Shown here in pieces: positions 1 to 9,149 of a stretch of DNA of 64,000 nt (within the stretch, counting starts at the first letter, position 1; every line of letters begins with the position of its first letter). A program made the position numbers and the translations under genes. The stretch is from a virus. Location of the stretch: positions 22,379 through 86,378 of the IMG/VR virus record IMGVR_UViG_3300044701_003572; one strand, 5' to 3'. The notes below the pieces were generated by a model, which saw only the letters and a program-made list of their open reading frames with translations, did not search any database and was not told the origin of the DNA.

Positions 1-253
1 CTACGGGGGGTTGAGCTATAGAAGCCGGAGTTCCATCTTTAGGAGGTCCTAATCTAGGATCTCTTTGTCCTTTGAATATATGCTCAGGACAGGTTCTCGT
101 TACATCACATAATGGAAGTTTGCACATATCTTTGTCCCAATTAGCTGGATCTTGACAAGGATAACGGAAACTATCTCCTCCGAAAATAGCTAGACCTAAA
201 GGTAGGGCAAGCAAAATAATTACCCATTTAAATAATTTTAAATCACTGTTCAT
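1..253 (-). CDS. Cys-rich membrane-anchored phage protein (partial, runs off window start)
   Basis: Not in ORF track. ATG at 253 with AAAGGAG RBS; translates MNSDLKLFKWVIILLALPLGLAIFGGDSFRYPCQDPANWDKDMCKLPLCDVTRTCPEH, open to position 1. Confidence 0.75.
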   Translation of the reverse strand, partial: MNSDLKLFKWVIILLALPLGLAIFGGDSFRYPCQDPANWDKDMCKLPLCDVTRTCPEHIFKGQRDPRLGPPKDGTPASIAQPPV

Positions 254-333
254 ACCGCTCCTTTTGCTCTAACATAAAATACAATGTTATTTACCCAAAA
301 AAGTTGTAAAGTGCTGCCTTGAATAAACTGCTA

Positions 334-699
334 TTATAATTCAGGCTCAGCTGGTTGGGGTACACGTTTTGGACCAGGAGCCGGGGAAATTCTGCCGACC
401 ACTGAGCTCTGCCCTTTGCTCATCCAGGCAGTTACTCCCATATAGGCACCTACTACTCCGGCCTGTGCAATATAAAACAGTCCTAGTAAATCTGCCAACG
501 CTTCGACCCTACTGTCGGATACAACAGGACTGAATAGTAAGACAGTAAACACGATCATGGAAATAATAGCTACCCAAGCCATTCTGCGCTGGCTGTCTGC
601 TTTTTCTTCTCTAAGTTCTAATTCTAACAGTTGAGTACTGTTTTCTATATCACGTCGACCTATCTTACCGTCGTTGTCTAGATCTGCAACTGAAACCAT
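334..699 (-). CDS. putative holin (two TM helices, N-terminal EF-hand-like DLDNDGKI)
   Basis: Two hydrophobic helices; lies in the lysis cassette. Confidence 0.5.
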   Translation of the reverse strand: MVSVADLDNDGKIGRRDIENSTQLLELELREEKADSQRRMAWVAIISMIVFTVLLFSPVVSDSRVEALADLLGLFYIAQAGVVGAYMGVTAWMSKGQSSVVGRISPAPGPKRVPQPAEPEL

Positions 700-700
700 A

Positions 701-973
701 TTATTTCACTTCGTCGAAAATTTTCTTCTGCGCATTATACCATTCGACCCAGCCGTCGACTTTAATCTTACATTCGTGATATTGTGCGTAATTATCAGCT
801 ACTACACCTATGACCTTTGATAGTTGTTCTGTACCAGGCTCTACGGTTTTCAGTGCAGGACAGGCTTTCATTAATTCTTCTGGAACACCTGGAAAGTTTC
901 TTTTTACTGGTGCAGTAGTTCCTAGACAACCTGCTAATAAAAATACTGGAAGAATTAAAATTAGTTTTTTCAT
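701..973 (-). CDS. putative o-spanin (Rz1-like lipoprotein)
   Basis: Signal peptide with LAGC lipobox; Pro/Cys-containing periplasmic part; directly after the i-spanin candidate. Confidence 0.7.
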   Translation of the reverse strand: MKKLILILPVFLLAGCLGTTAPVKRNFPGVPEELMKACPALKTVEPGTEQLSKVIGVVADNYAQYHECKIKVDGWVEWYNAQKKIFDEVK

Positions 974-1437
974 TTCTTTTCTTCCTTTAACTGTCCGGTA
1001 GCTGCCATATTAAGTATGTCGATAGCTTCAGGTGCAACCTTGCATTGTGCATCGATTATCTTTTCTTTTTCAACAATTATATTTCTAACAACTTCTTGTA
1101 CTACTTTAACTTCTTTGATTTTTTCTACAATCTTAGTGCGTATCTCGATATTCTTTTCTTTGGCTTTCTGTTCTGAGATCGCTACCTTTTCTTCTAGTTC
1201 ACGAACACGTTCACGCCAATCCATTTCAGTTCCATAGCTGCCAAATACATAGGCACCTACAGTTAATAGTAGGACACCCAAGATTTCTGCAGGAAATTTA
1301 TATTGGCTTAAAAGAGGTAGCCATTGAATAACTTTGCTAAGAATATATAATGCTACCCCTAGACCAACCAGTGCATAGCTTACCCAGACAAAAAACGTAT
1401 CCGGTATAAAACTTAGCATCCAGCCAGTTAACCACAT
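970..1437 (-). CDS. putative i-spanin (Rz-like)
   Basis: N-terminal TM segments, coiled coil, C-terminal Cys; between endolysin and lipoprotein. Confidence 0.6.
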   Translation of the reverse strand: MWLTGWMLSFIPDTFFVWVSYALVGLGVALYILSKVIQWLPLLSQYKFPAEILGVLLLTVGAYVFGSYGTEMDWRERVRELEEKVAISEQKAKEKNIEIRTKIVEKIKEVKVVQEVVRNIIVEKEKIIDAQCKVAPEAIDILNMAATGQLKEEKK

Positions 1438-1439
1438 TT

Positions 1440-2069
1440 TTAGTGTGCTCCAAAAATATGTAAAGCGTGTTGATAGTGTTTCTGGCGATCCTCTAGACCG
1501 ATAGTACCACCATTGATACGCTTGGTCAGTGTGAGTATGTCACCTGCGTCCGCCCACTTATTTAGATTATTTTGTTCCCAGAAGAAACAGGCTGACTGCA
1601 CAGCACCTTCGAAGGTCTGTAGATACTCGCTGGCTTCTTCTACAGGAATATCTAAACTTGCTGCGAAGAATGTATAATTGTCTTTACCAGTCAACTGGAT
1701 CAATCCTCTACCACAGTAGCGCCATCCGTCTCCAGATGATTCATCACCGTTGCCCATACGACTAGCATAAACTCTGTTAGCGATCTTTTCTGGCTTGTTA
1801 GCGTAGGCCGCTGCTGTTGCATCGTCTGGAAAATACTTAGGAAACACTTTGCGTAAACTTGCTGCTTTGTAATTTAGATTTTCTTTTAGGAAAATAAAAC
1901 CACCTGATTCGTGAGCGCATTGTGCTAAAAATGCTGCAACTCTCTGTGGAGTGTTTATTTCGTATTCCGGAAGAATTTCAGATATGGCTTTGTACCAGTT
2001 ATCCAAATATGGATTTTTCGGAATCATTTCTTTAAGTTGATCTTTGGTAAAGTTGAATGTAAAACTCAT
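1440..2069 (-). CDS. glycoside hydrolase family 19 endolysin
   Basis: FLAQCAHESGG, ENLNY, GRGLIQLTGKDNY and TKRINGGTIGL motifs. Confidence 0.92.
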   Translation of the reverse strand: MSFTFNFTKDQLKEMIPKNPYLDNWYKAISEILPEYEINTPQRVAAFLAQCAHESGGFIFLKENLNYKAASLRKVFPKYFPDDATAAAYANKPEKIANRVYASRMGNGDESSGDGWRYCGRGLIQLTGKDNYTFFAASLDIPVEEASEYLQTFEGAVQSACFFWEQNNLNKWADAGDILTLTKRINGGTIGLEDRQKHYQHALHIFGAH

Positions 2070-2815
2070 TAGTCTATCCTTTGTAGTAACATGGCTCGCC
2101 CCTTGTTATCGAACAAGAAGTTCTCGCCAATTTTAGTAATGTTATAATCCCCTAATACTTTAGTTAACCAAAAAACTTCACTGGTTGATGTTTGATCTAC
2201 TGTAGTTGTATCTTCGGTATTTTCTAAAATGTGTTGAGTATTGTCTTCGCCTATTATTTTTAATCTAACAAATTTATTGAAAGGTTTTTTAATTGTGATA
2301 ACATCGTTTTCTAAAACTAAATCATCCATTAAGGTTTTGTTGAAGAATTTTTTAATACTTTCAGTTTTGGTTTTATTCATAAATCCTTCGTAGGCCATTG
2401 GAGTTTCCGGAACGATTCTTCTCAACATTTCCTGATTAGCCTCGTGTACAGCAGAATCTTTATGATATTTAAATTTCCACTGATCATTGCCGGTAAGTTT
2501 ATTGATACCGTAGGTTAGTTCTTTAATGTTTTCTGATAACTTTTCGTTTCGTGAAAGTTCTATAAAAACAAAATATTCTCCCTGATCGTTTTCACCAGAG
2601 CTAACATCTGCATCTAAAACAAAAGAGTAACCTTTTTCAACGAATTCCATTAGGTCTTTTGCCGGAGCTCTGTCTTTAACCTTAAAAGAAAGAACGCAAA
2701 CATCTCGATCCTCTCCCATTTTTGATCTGTAGGTATCTATATCAAAAATAGGATGAACTAGATTAAGTAGATCATCTGATCTTAATCCTTCATTAAGCTG
2801 CTGGTTGTTCTGCAT
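2069..2815 (-). CDS. conserved phage hypothetical protein
   Basis: Long ORF; start placed at MQNNQQLNEGL (2815) rather than the track start at 2866. Confidence 0.6.
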   Translation of the reverse strand: MQNNQQLNEGLRSDDLLNLVHPIFDIDTYRSKMGEDRDVCVLSFKVKDRAPAKDLMEFVEKGYSFVLDADVSSGENDQGEYFVFIELSRNEKLSENIKELTYGINKLTGNDQWKFKYHKDSAVHEANQEMLRRIVPETPMAYEGFMNKTKTESIKKFFNKTLMDDLVLENDVITIKKPFNKFVRLKIIGEDNTQHILENTEDTTTVDQTSTSEVFWLTKVLGDYNITKIGENFLFDNKGRAMLLQRID

Positions 2816-3326
2816 TAGCTTGATCCTGTACTTGTGTTTCTGATGCGTCAACATTAGTGTTAACAACGCCGAACTGATTTATGATATCTTCTACTTTATT
2901 TTTGTCTAAATTCTTATAACCACGATTAATGTCCTGCATTAATTTTTTAGGCATCAAAATTTTAACTAACCAGATATCTTCGATATCGATTTTACCTTTG
3001 CGTGTTCCTGGTCTTATATCATCAGGAGTTTTAATTTTTCTTACTTTTTTTAGGGTCGATTCTGCAAATTTAACTTTGCACCCGTAATCTAATAATCTCA
3101 TTCCGCCTCTAGGCTCGGGCATACGATCTTTTGGCCACATAAAGGTACACTCTACAAAATACCTGTGTTCCTTAGGACCCGCCACTAATTGCCCGTCTAA
3201 CCAATTATCATAGACATAGGTATCTAGCTCGTCTATAACACGTTCAAAATCTTTAAGTAAATTTAAGCTATTATTAGAACCGTAGATTTGTTCTATATTG
3301 CTTATGATATCTTTTATATCTGCCAT
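2793..3326 (-). CDS. phage hypothetical protein
   Basis: 177 aa ORF with GGGAG RBS and a TAAATA promoter at 3342-3347. Confidence 0.7.
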   Translation of the reverse strand: MADIKDIISNIEQIYGSNNSLNLLKDFERVIDELDTYVYDNWLDGQLVAGPKEHRYFVECTFMWPKDRMPEPRGGMRLLDYGCKVKFAESTLKKVRKIKTPDDIRPGTRKGKIDIEDIWLVKILMPKKLMQDINRGYKNLDKNKVEDIINQFGVVNTNVDASETQVQDQANAEQPAA

Positions 3327-3394
3327 GGAGTTCTCCCAATGTATTTATTCCGCCTAAAACTTAAACATAACTTATAATAAAATAGGCTTCCGGT

Positions 3395-3449
3395 TAAATA
3401 CGTTTGTGTTCGGCTACGGACACTACGGTTTGAGGTCCGTGCCTAACAC
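3395..3449 (+). promoter_or_regulatory. TAAATA late-type promoter followed by a 5'-leader hairpin of phoH
   Basis: TAAATA at 3395-3400; stem GTGTT-C-GGC-T-ACGGAC / GTCCGT-GCC-T-AACAC at 3406-3449; RBS AAGGAGG at 3455-3461. Confidence 0.55.
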
Positions 3450-3472
3450 GTTTAAAGGAGGGCTAACCTTAT

Positions 3473-4207
3473 ATGAAGCGTAAAAGAGCAGCAGTACTGA
3501 AAGCTACTAATTATCAAGAAGAGTCTAATGTAATAAAGCTAGTTGATAAAAATTATCAAAAGCGCCCGAAAGTCCAGTTATACCCAAAAAATCTTAATCA
3601 AGAAAACTACCTGTTAAAACTTAACAATGAGCAAAAAATGATAATTTTTGCCATAGGTCCAGCAGGCACGGGTAAAACTATGTTAGCTGTACAGTGGGCG
3701 ATAGACCAGTTGAAATACGGGTCAACTACGAAAATTGTTATTACTAGACCAGCTGTTTCAGTAGATGAACAACACGGATTTTTACCGGGAGACCTACAGC
3801 AAAAAATGGAACCTTGGACTAAACCGATAATGGATGTTTTCGCCGAGAACTACAATGCTAGAGAAATTACTAACATGATAACCGAGGGGGTGATTGAAAC
3901 CAGTCCTTTAGCATATATGAGAGGCCGAACATTTAAAAATGCTGTAATCATCGCAGATGAGATGCAGAATGCTACACCTAGTCAAATGAAGATGCTGCTT
4001 ACTAGGTTAGGTCAGGGTTCTAAGATGATTGTTACTGGAGATTTGCAACAGGCAGACCGTCCTTCAAACAACGGACTGCTCGAGTTCCTTGGGTTGTATA
4101 ACAACTTTGCAAATCACAGATATGTAGATATCTGTCACTTCACAGTAGGTGACGTTGAACGCCACGAGGCGGTTAAGGAGATACTAGCAATATACGGAGA
4201 TGATTAA
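3473..4207 (+). CDS. phoH: PhoH-family ATPase
   Basis: GPAGTGKT Walker A, ITRPAV, GFLPGD, YMRGRTF, DEMQN and GDLQQ motifs. Confidence 0.95.
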   Translation: MKRKRAAVLKATNYQEESNVIKLVDKNYQKRPKVQLYPKNLNQENYLLKLNNEQKMIIFAIGPAGTGKTMLAVQWAIDQLKYGSTTKIVITRPAVSVDEQHGFLPGDLQQKMEPWTKPIMDVFAENYNAREITNMITEGVIETSPLAYMRGRTFKNAVIIADEMQNATPSQMKMLLTRLGQGSKMIVTGDLQQADRPSNNGLLEFLGLYNNFANHRYVDICHFTVGDVERHEAVKEILAIYGDD

Positions 4208-4446
4208 TCTTTAGGAAGATAGGGGGTCAATTGATCCCCTAACAATCTTTTATAGAATTCTAACATATCATCGAAGCCAGCCTGAGGATTGATAGAATTC
4301 ATAATACACTTCTTCTCTTTAAAATCTAAAATGACTTTAGAAGTTTGGTAGTGCCGAGTTTTTAGACTATTTTTAAAATCGGTAATTTCGTCCCATTTGC
4401 CGTTGGGTTTCTGGATGTACGAAACTAACATATATCTATATTTCAT
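4204..4446 (-). CDS. hypothetical protein
   Basis: 80 aa ORF translationally coupled to the ferredoxin. Confidence 0.6.
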   Translation of the reverse strand: MKYRYMLVSYIQKPNGKWDEITDFKNSLKTRHYQTSKVILDFKEKKCIMNSINPQAGFDDMLEFYKRLLGDQLTPYLPKD

Positions 4447-4766
4447 TCTTCCAACAATGGTAACTTATTAGGTTTACCATCCCATTCTTCAGAATCCGGT
4501 AACGACGATTTCTTTTTAGTGATATTCGGCCATTTAGAGCTTAGTCTACGATTTAAATCTGTCCAAAATACTATATCAATGTCTTTATCGTTGTCTGGAA
4601 CGATAGCATCAACAGGACACTCAGGAACACACACCGCACAATCAATACATTCGTCTGGATTGATTGCTAAAAAATTTGGACCTTCGTAAAAACAATCAAC
4701 TGGACATACTTCTACACAATCAGTATGTTTGCATTTAATACAGTTTTCTGTAACCAAATAACTCAT
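4443..4766 (-). CDS. fdxA: FdxA-type dicluster ferredoxin
   Basis: [18 protein letters not shown] and [16 protein letters not shown] cluster motifs plus WPNIT C-terminal tail. Confidence 0.92.
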   Translation of the reverse strand: MSYLVTENCIKCKHTDCVEVCPVDCFYEGPNFLAINPDECIDCAVCVPECPVDAIVPDNDKDIDIVFWTDLNRRLSSKWPNITKKKSSLPDSEEWDGKPNKLPLLEE

Positions 4767-5683
4767 TATACTATCCTTGCAAGTTTGACTAAAGTAGCAG
4801 ATAAATTTATTTCTGGATCAACTATCAAAGTATGATCCACTAATCCTTGTTTGATAATCAAAATAGCTTTGTCCTGATTGTCTTCTGAACCAAAAATATC
4901 TAAATTGTTATATAACCAAACAAATACTTCTTCCATTTCCTCTGCTCGAAGTTTTCCGCAGAGCATTTTTCGAGCCTCGTTGATTTTTCCTTCTTTGAAC
5001 AATTTTACCATGTCAAATTTCCAATCGGCTTCACCTGCATCTCCCTTATTAGGAGCTGCCAATTTATTATCTTGAACATTTTGTTGGATCAGATTAATAC
5101 ATTTGCGAAGATCAGGATAAGTTACTTTGACATAATTATCTAGAGTTTCAAGATCGAACTCCACAGCCTCTTCAACAAGAACAGTAGCAACACGAGCGGT
5201 AAACTCAGTAAGATCCGTTCGCTCAACGTGAAATCCTTGACATCGTGAGTGTATAGCAGGGATAATACGATTAGGGTAGTTACAGGTGAGGATGAAACGA
5301 GAAGTTGCATGGTACTCCTCCATGACCCCACGTAACGCTGCCTGAGCGTTCGGACTAAGATAATCAGCTTCATCTAATAGCACCACCTTGAATGGTCCAA
5401 ATGGAATCATCTGGACAAAATTTGTAATTTTATCACGCACATCATCTACCGAATTGGTACGACTTGCGTTAATTTCTAATACATCATAATCTTCAATTCC
5501 TAACTCTTGGATAAGAATCTTAGCAAGAGTAGTCTTACCTATGCCAGCTGTTCCGCTTAGTAATAGATGCGGAATGCTTTTGTCTTTGATCCAGGTTGCG
5601 ATCTGTTTACGCTGATGGTCATCTCTAAAGACATAACCATCAATTGTTTTCGGACGATACTTCTCTACCCATAGTTCTTTCAT
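4766..5683 (-). CDS. sliding-clamp loader AAA+ subunit (T4 gp44 / RFC-small-like)
   Basis: [26 protein letters not shown] and SRC motifs; start placed at MKELWVEK (5683). Confidence 0.92.
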   Translation of the reverse strand: MKELWVEKYRPKTIDGYVFRDDHQRKQIATWIKDKSIPHLLLSGTAGIGKTTLAKILIQELGIEDYDVLEINASRTNSVDDVRDKITNFVQMIPFGPFKVVLLDEADYLSPNAQAALRGVMEEYHATSRFILTCNYPNRIIPAIHSRCQGFHVERTDLTEFTARVATVLVEEAVEFDLETLDNYVKVTYPDLRKCINLIQQNVQDNKLAAPNKGDAGEADWKFDMVKLFKEGKINEARKMLCGKLRAEEMEEVFVWLYNNLDIFGSEDNQDKAILIIKQGLVDHTLIVDPEINLSATLVKLARIV

Positions 5684-5761
5684 TTTTTTCCTCTGTGTCT
5701 TTAGCCCAGTCGCCTTCAATTATATAGCAAGGTTCGGGCGGTTCGTGATATTCATCATCGT

Positions 5762-5929
5762 TCATACCAATTCCTCAGCGATACCTAGAACTTCGGCTAA
5801 TACAATACATAAACCAGCTAACCAAAAGTTTCCAGCCATTAATACACCACCGGCAAATATTCTGATTCCACTTTTTGCAAGACTCACATAAAAGTGTCCT
5901 TTGCTGGTATCTTTAGGCTGTATGTTCAT
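5762..5929 (-). CDS. small membrane protein (55 aa)
   Basis: Not in track; MNIQPKDTSKGHFYVSLAKSGIRIFAGG...LGIAEELV; start overlaps the upstream stop. Confidence 0.6.
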   Translation of the reverse strand: MNIQPKDTSKGHFYVSLAKSGIRIFAGGVLMAGNFWLAGLCIVLAEVLGIAEELV

Positions 5930-6120
5930 TTATGTTCTTTCTTTAGTTCTTGAGGTTCTGCAAATCTTACGTTCGGGTCTATTATTTTGTAGATTCCCAC
6001 AGGCTTCCAATATTTGTGTACAAGATTATTAATAATTAAAATAGCGATTACCCATACTATTGCGGCTAACATAGTTAAAATACTACTGGCTAAAAACATA
6101 GCCGCATGGTCCATATTCAT
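5926..6120 (-). CDS. small membrane protein
   Basis: Hydrophobic N-terminal half; coupled within the operon. Confidence 0.6.
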   Translation of the reverse strand: MNMDHAAMFLASSILTMLAAIVWVIAILIINNLVHKYWKPVGIYKIIDPNVRFAEPQELKKEHK

Positions 6121-6551
6121 TGTTTTAATCCTTTTTCTACTTCTGCGGCTACTACACGATTCCGCAATTCTGTTGTTGAAAAACTGTGTTGGCGCCTGTT
6201 GAAATAAAATTCAATTCCTTTAGCAATACATTCGTACTTTCCAGTGAATTCTTTTTCTTGATATTCATCTCCTAATATTCTAACAGTAATAGGATAAGAA
6301 AGCAAGATGTCTACTAATTCTTTTTCAGTAGAATAGGGGATTACTTCGTCGATATACTTGCAGGCTTTAAGTTGTACGAATCTTTCAAATACACTTTGTA
6401 CAGGCTTGTTTTTTTCTGTCGGTCTATCTATAGTAGGATCTGTTTGTAAACCTACAATGAGATAGTCGCATTGTTTTTTGGCTTCTTCTAACATCAAAAG
6501 ATGTCCGGCATGAAACAGATCAAAGGTTGAGCAGGTAAATCCTATCTTCAT
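6117..6551 (-). CDS. cytidylyltransferase (TagD / RfaE-domain-II-like)
   Basis: FDLFHAGH (HxGH) and C-terminal FSTTELR motifs; start MKIGFT at 6551. Confidence 0.85.
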   Translation of the reverse strand: MKIGFTCSTFDLFHAGHLLMLEEAKKQCDYLIVGLQTDPTIDRPTEKNKPVQSVFERFVQLKACKYIDEVIPYSTEKELVDILLSYPITVRILGDEYQEKEFTGKYECIAKGIEFYFNRRQHSFSTTELRNRVVAAEVEKGLKQ

Positions 6552-6958
6552 AGGATATCCATTTCCGGCGAGATCCATCCATTACCGTTATCTTTAGAAA
6601 CAAAAGGTTTTAAGTTAGGAGGTTCCCAGCCCAATGGTTTGAGAACTTTACCATCTTCACGTTTACGAACTTTGCCTGTTTCTTTGTCAATCTTGGCAAA
6701 GTTAGTACGCATTACTTCTTTCCAGGCGCCTTCAGCGTCTGCACCCATAGAATGAATAGTGCCGATGGTAACAACAAGAATATCTATTAGTGCATCTAAC
6801 GTTTCTACTTTGTCATTATTATCAACAGCTACGGCTAATTCTCTATGTTCTTCTTGAATGAGTTTAAGATACATATTGAATTGATCTTGATTGAATGTGT
6901 CGGTGCTTTGATCACAGGCTCTCATGAACTTTTCTTGATCTCTAAAAGCATTGGTCAT
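6548..6958 (-). CDS. MazG-like nucleotide pyrophosphohydrolase
   Basis: LIQEEHREL...DALIDILVV and NFAK...REDGKVLKP motifs. Confidence 0.8.
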   Translation of the reverse strand: MTNAFRDQEKFMRACDQSTDTFNQDQFNMYLKLIQEEHRELAVAVDNNDKVETLDALIDILVVTIGTIHSMGADAEGAWKEVMRTNFAKIDKETGKVRKREDGKVLKPLGWEPPNLKPFVSKDNGNGWISPEMDIL

Positions 6959-6967
6959 TTGATTTCC

Positions 6968-7207
6968 TTAGGACTTTAGAATGTTAATAATACGCTTCTT
7001 TTCTTGTTCTTGCAACCAGTCTTTTTCCAACTGGCCGAAATCAGGAGCATCGTTTATTGATTGGTCTATGATATTTTTAAGAATGTATAATTCTTTTTTG
7101 AATTCAAAAGAAGTGAAACCGTCGTTATATGCACTGTTACATTCTCTTGATAGGGAATGTATCTGGTTGACTATGTCAGCCAAATCCCAACTCTTTTTTA
7201 ATCCCAT
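6968..7207 (-). CDS. hypothetical protein
   Basis: 79 aa ORF within the operon. Confidence 0.55.
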   Translation of the reverse strand: MGLKKSWDLADIVNQIHSLSRECNSAYNDGFTSFEFKKELYILKNIIDQSINDAPDFGQLEKDWLQEQEKKRIINILKS

Positions 7208-7605
7208 TATTTTATAAAATCTTCTGGGCGTATAGTTGTACTGGATCCGTGACCAAATTCTTGTCCTATGTAGGCATCATTGGGTCTTTCGTCAGCAACG
7301 GCTAGAATACTAGAAACTTCTACCTTTTGAATCTCTTTCTCACTGTCACCGTCGTTGATTTTTATTTTTCTGGTCCAACGACCGTGTTCTATCAAGATCC
7401 ATTGACCTTCTTTGATATCTTCTTGCTTGGGACCTACTTTGTATACTTTACCCCATCTAGGTTTAACACCGTGAGCCTTACCGTCATCGCTTAGAATTAC
7501 GATACCACCCATAGTTGTTTGTTCTCCCAGATCCATATCTGTGATGATTACGTCATCGTGTAACGCACGAATTTTTATATGTTTTACATCGTAGGCAGTG
7601 ACCAT
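7207..7605 (-). CDS. groES: GroES-like co-chaperonin
   Basis: IRALHDDVII, TMGGIVI mobile loop, GKVYKVGP and ILAV motifs. Confidence 0.8.
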   Translation of the reverse strand: MVTAYDVKHIKIRALHDDVIITDMDLGEQTTMGGIVILSDDGKAHGVKPRWGKVYKVGPKQEDIKEGQWILIEHGRWTRKIKINDGDSEKEIQKVEVSSILAVADERPNDAYIGQEFGHGSSTTIRPEDFIK

Positions 7606-7607
7606 AA

Positions 7608-7838
7608 TTACCTCTTGTTACCTCGAGATCCCAATTCTTCTTTGATTGCTCTAGGATTATTTTTATAATAATCTTGTAGAATTTCTTCTCTAGTTTTAAC
7701 GACTTTACCACCGGTTCCGATGATATCCCCGCGAGCATTCATTTTAGCATTTCCTACAGCAGGTTCTTTTTCATTTTTAAGAGCTAGCTTTTCTAGATCA
7801 ACTTCTTTGCCTCGCATACTTGTGTATGATTTACCCAT
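7608..7838 (-). CDS. conserved phage hypothetical protein
   Basis: 76 aa ORF with GGAG RBS; AVGNAKMNARGD segment. Confidence 0.65.
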   Translation of the reverse strand: MGKSYTSMRGKEVDLEKLALKNEKEPAVGNAKMNARGDIIGTGGKVVKTREEILQDYYKNNPRAIKEELGSRGNKR

Positions 7839-7839
7839 T

Positions 7840-8310
7840 TTATATCTCCTTGAAGAATTCTTCTATTGGTAATTTGTATTTAACACTGTCTATCCTGTGT
7901 ACCCCTATCAAATAGAGTACATAACTAGCTACGCTCGAACCTCGCCCTACACCCCAGACTATATTGTTAGCACGAAGTGTGTCAACTATATATTTCATAG
8001 TTTTTAACATAGGAATCATATTGTATTTGGCAAATAATCTAAGTTCTTCAACTACTCGTTCTTTAGTTTCAGGAGTAGGGCAACGTTGGTATAACCAATC
8101 TAAAATATCCATCGTTTGGTATTTCTCTGGAATAAACCAATTTGATGGATCGATACTAGCTGGAGGGATTGGATAACTTAAATGCTCTTGATATACTCGA
8201 TCTATATATTTCTCGAGATCGTCAGAACAGAGACAATGGTCTAGGATTTCTGGACCATGTTTTAGTATGCCTTTGATTAATTGTTCTTCAGTGTTAATTT
8301 CAGTCCACAT
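7840..8310 (-). CDS. DNA polymerase III alpha fragment (piece of a split DnaE-like polymerase)
   Basis: RVVEEL...WGVGRGSSVASYVLYLIGVHRID matches the DnaE GxGRGS motif; ORF ends before the PDxD catalytic motif. Confidence 0.8.
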   Translation of the reverse strand: MWTEINTEEQLIKGILKHGPEILDHCLCSDDLEKYIDRVYQEHLSYPIPPASIDPSNWFIPEKYQTMDILDWLYQRCPTPETKERVVEELRLFAKYNMIPMLKTMKYIVDTLRANNIVWGVGRGSSVASYVLYLIGVHRIDSVKYKLPIEEFFKEI

Positions 8311-8533
8311 TAATTAGTTGATCCAAGTCAGTATCAGTTTGTCCTTGATTTTTTCTAAGATATCTCTTAGACATCTCTTCTCTATATATTGTAACAAACG
8401 TACCTAATTGTGTCAACAGGTCAGTCTTACCTAATCTTGCTGCTGCGTGGTATTTTTTGGTAACTTCTAACAGCTTAGATTCTACTTCAGAATCCTTTAG
8501 ATCGGATAAGTCATTGACAAATGGATGAAACAT
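8300..8533 (-). CDS. hypothetical protein
   Basis: 77 aa ORF coupled to its neighbours. Confidence 0.6.
   Translation of the reverse strand: MFHPFVNDLSDLKDSEVESKLLEVTKKYHAAARLGKTDLLTQLGTFVTIYREEMSKRYLRKNQGQTDTDLDQLINVD
8388..8416 (-). promoter_or_regulatory. sigma70-type promoter for the replication block
   Basis: TTGACA-N17-TACAAT on the minus strand, inside the 77 aa ORF. Confidence 0.7.
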
Positions 8534-8534
8534 A

Positions 8535-9149
8535 TTAACTAAAGCTACCTAGATAATTTAGGAAAATATTATCAGAATCGTGTTGCCAAACTTCTATAAT
8601 TACAGGATTGGTTTTTGATGTTAATGTAATTTGAGGACTAGCACCTACTACCGGAAAAGTAGCATTTTTCTTAAAAACAGTACCGCCTTCTGTGGTAAAG
8701 ATAATCGTTTTATTTTCCGTGGCTGCTGTATCCAAATATATCTCTAAGGTTATCTTGCCAACTCCTGATACAACATTAGTATCTGGATCGTCTAAGGTAG
8801 GAAAATTTCTAAATACTAGATTTGAGTTTTCTTGTATACTTACAATTTGATATTGTCCTTGCTCAAAATCTATTTCCCTATTAGCTGATGTTACAACTAT
8901 CTGTCGTTTTCTAGTGATAAAATTTTGAGTATAAGCTTCATTTAAGAGTTTATAGTTAAAGCTATTGTCAGTGTCTGTCTTAGCTGTATTTTCTAGTAAG
9001 TCAGACAGCTCTCTATTAGCTTCGTAGAGTCCGTTATAAATGGTATCAAAGTTATCTCTAAATGTCTGTGTGTCGTTGTCCTGTCCTGCTACAGGAAAGT
9101 TCACATCAATATTATAAATGACTCTGCTGGTTGTTAGTCTTTCTGTCAT
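8535..9149 (-). CDS. putative virion structural / baseplate protein
   Basis: FPVAGQDNDTQTFRDNF plus coiled-coil N-terminus; last gene of the structural block. Confidence 0.6.
   Translation of the reverse strand: MTERLTTSRVIYNIDVNFPVAGQDNDTQTFRDNFDTIYNGLYEANRELSDLLENTAKTDTDNSFNYKLLNEAYTQNFITRKRQIVVTSANREIDFEQGQYQIVSIQENSNLVFRNFPTLDDPDTNVVSGVGKITLEIYLDTAATENKTIIFTTEGGTVFKKNATFPVVGASPQITLTSKTNPVIIEVWQHDSDNIFLNYLGSFS

Noticed and set aside
5640-5765. 41-codon ORF MNDDEYHEPP... overlapping the clamp loader start
   Set aside because: Short, no recognisable motif, and it overlaps a real gene; possible but unsupported.
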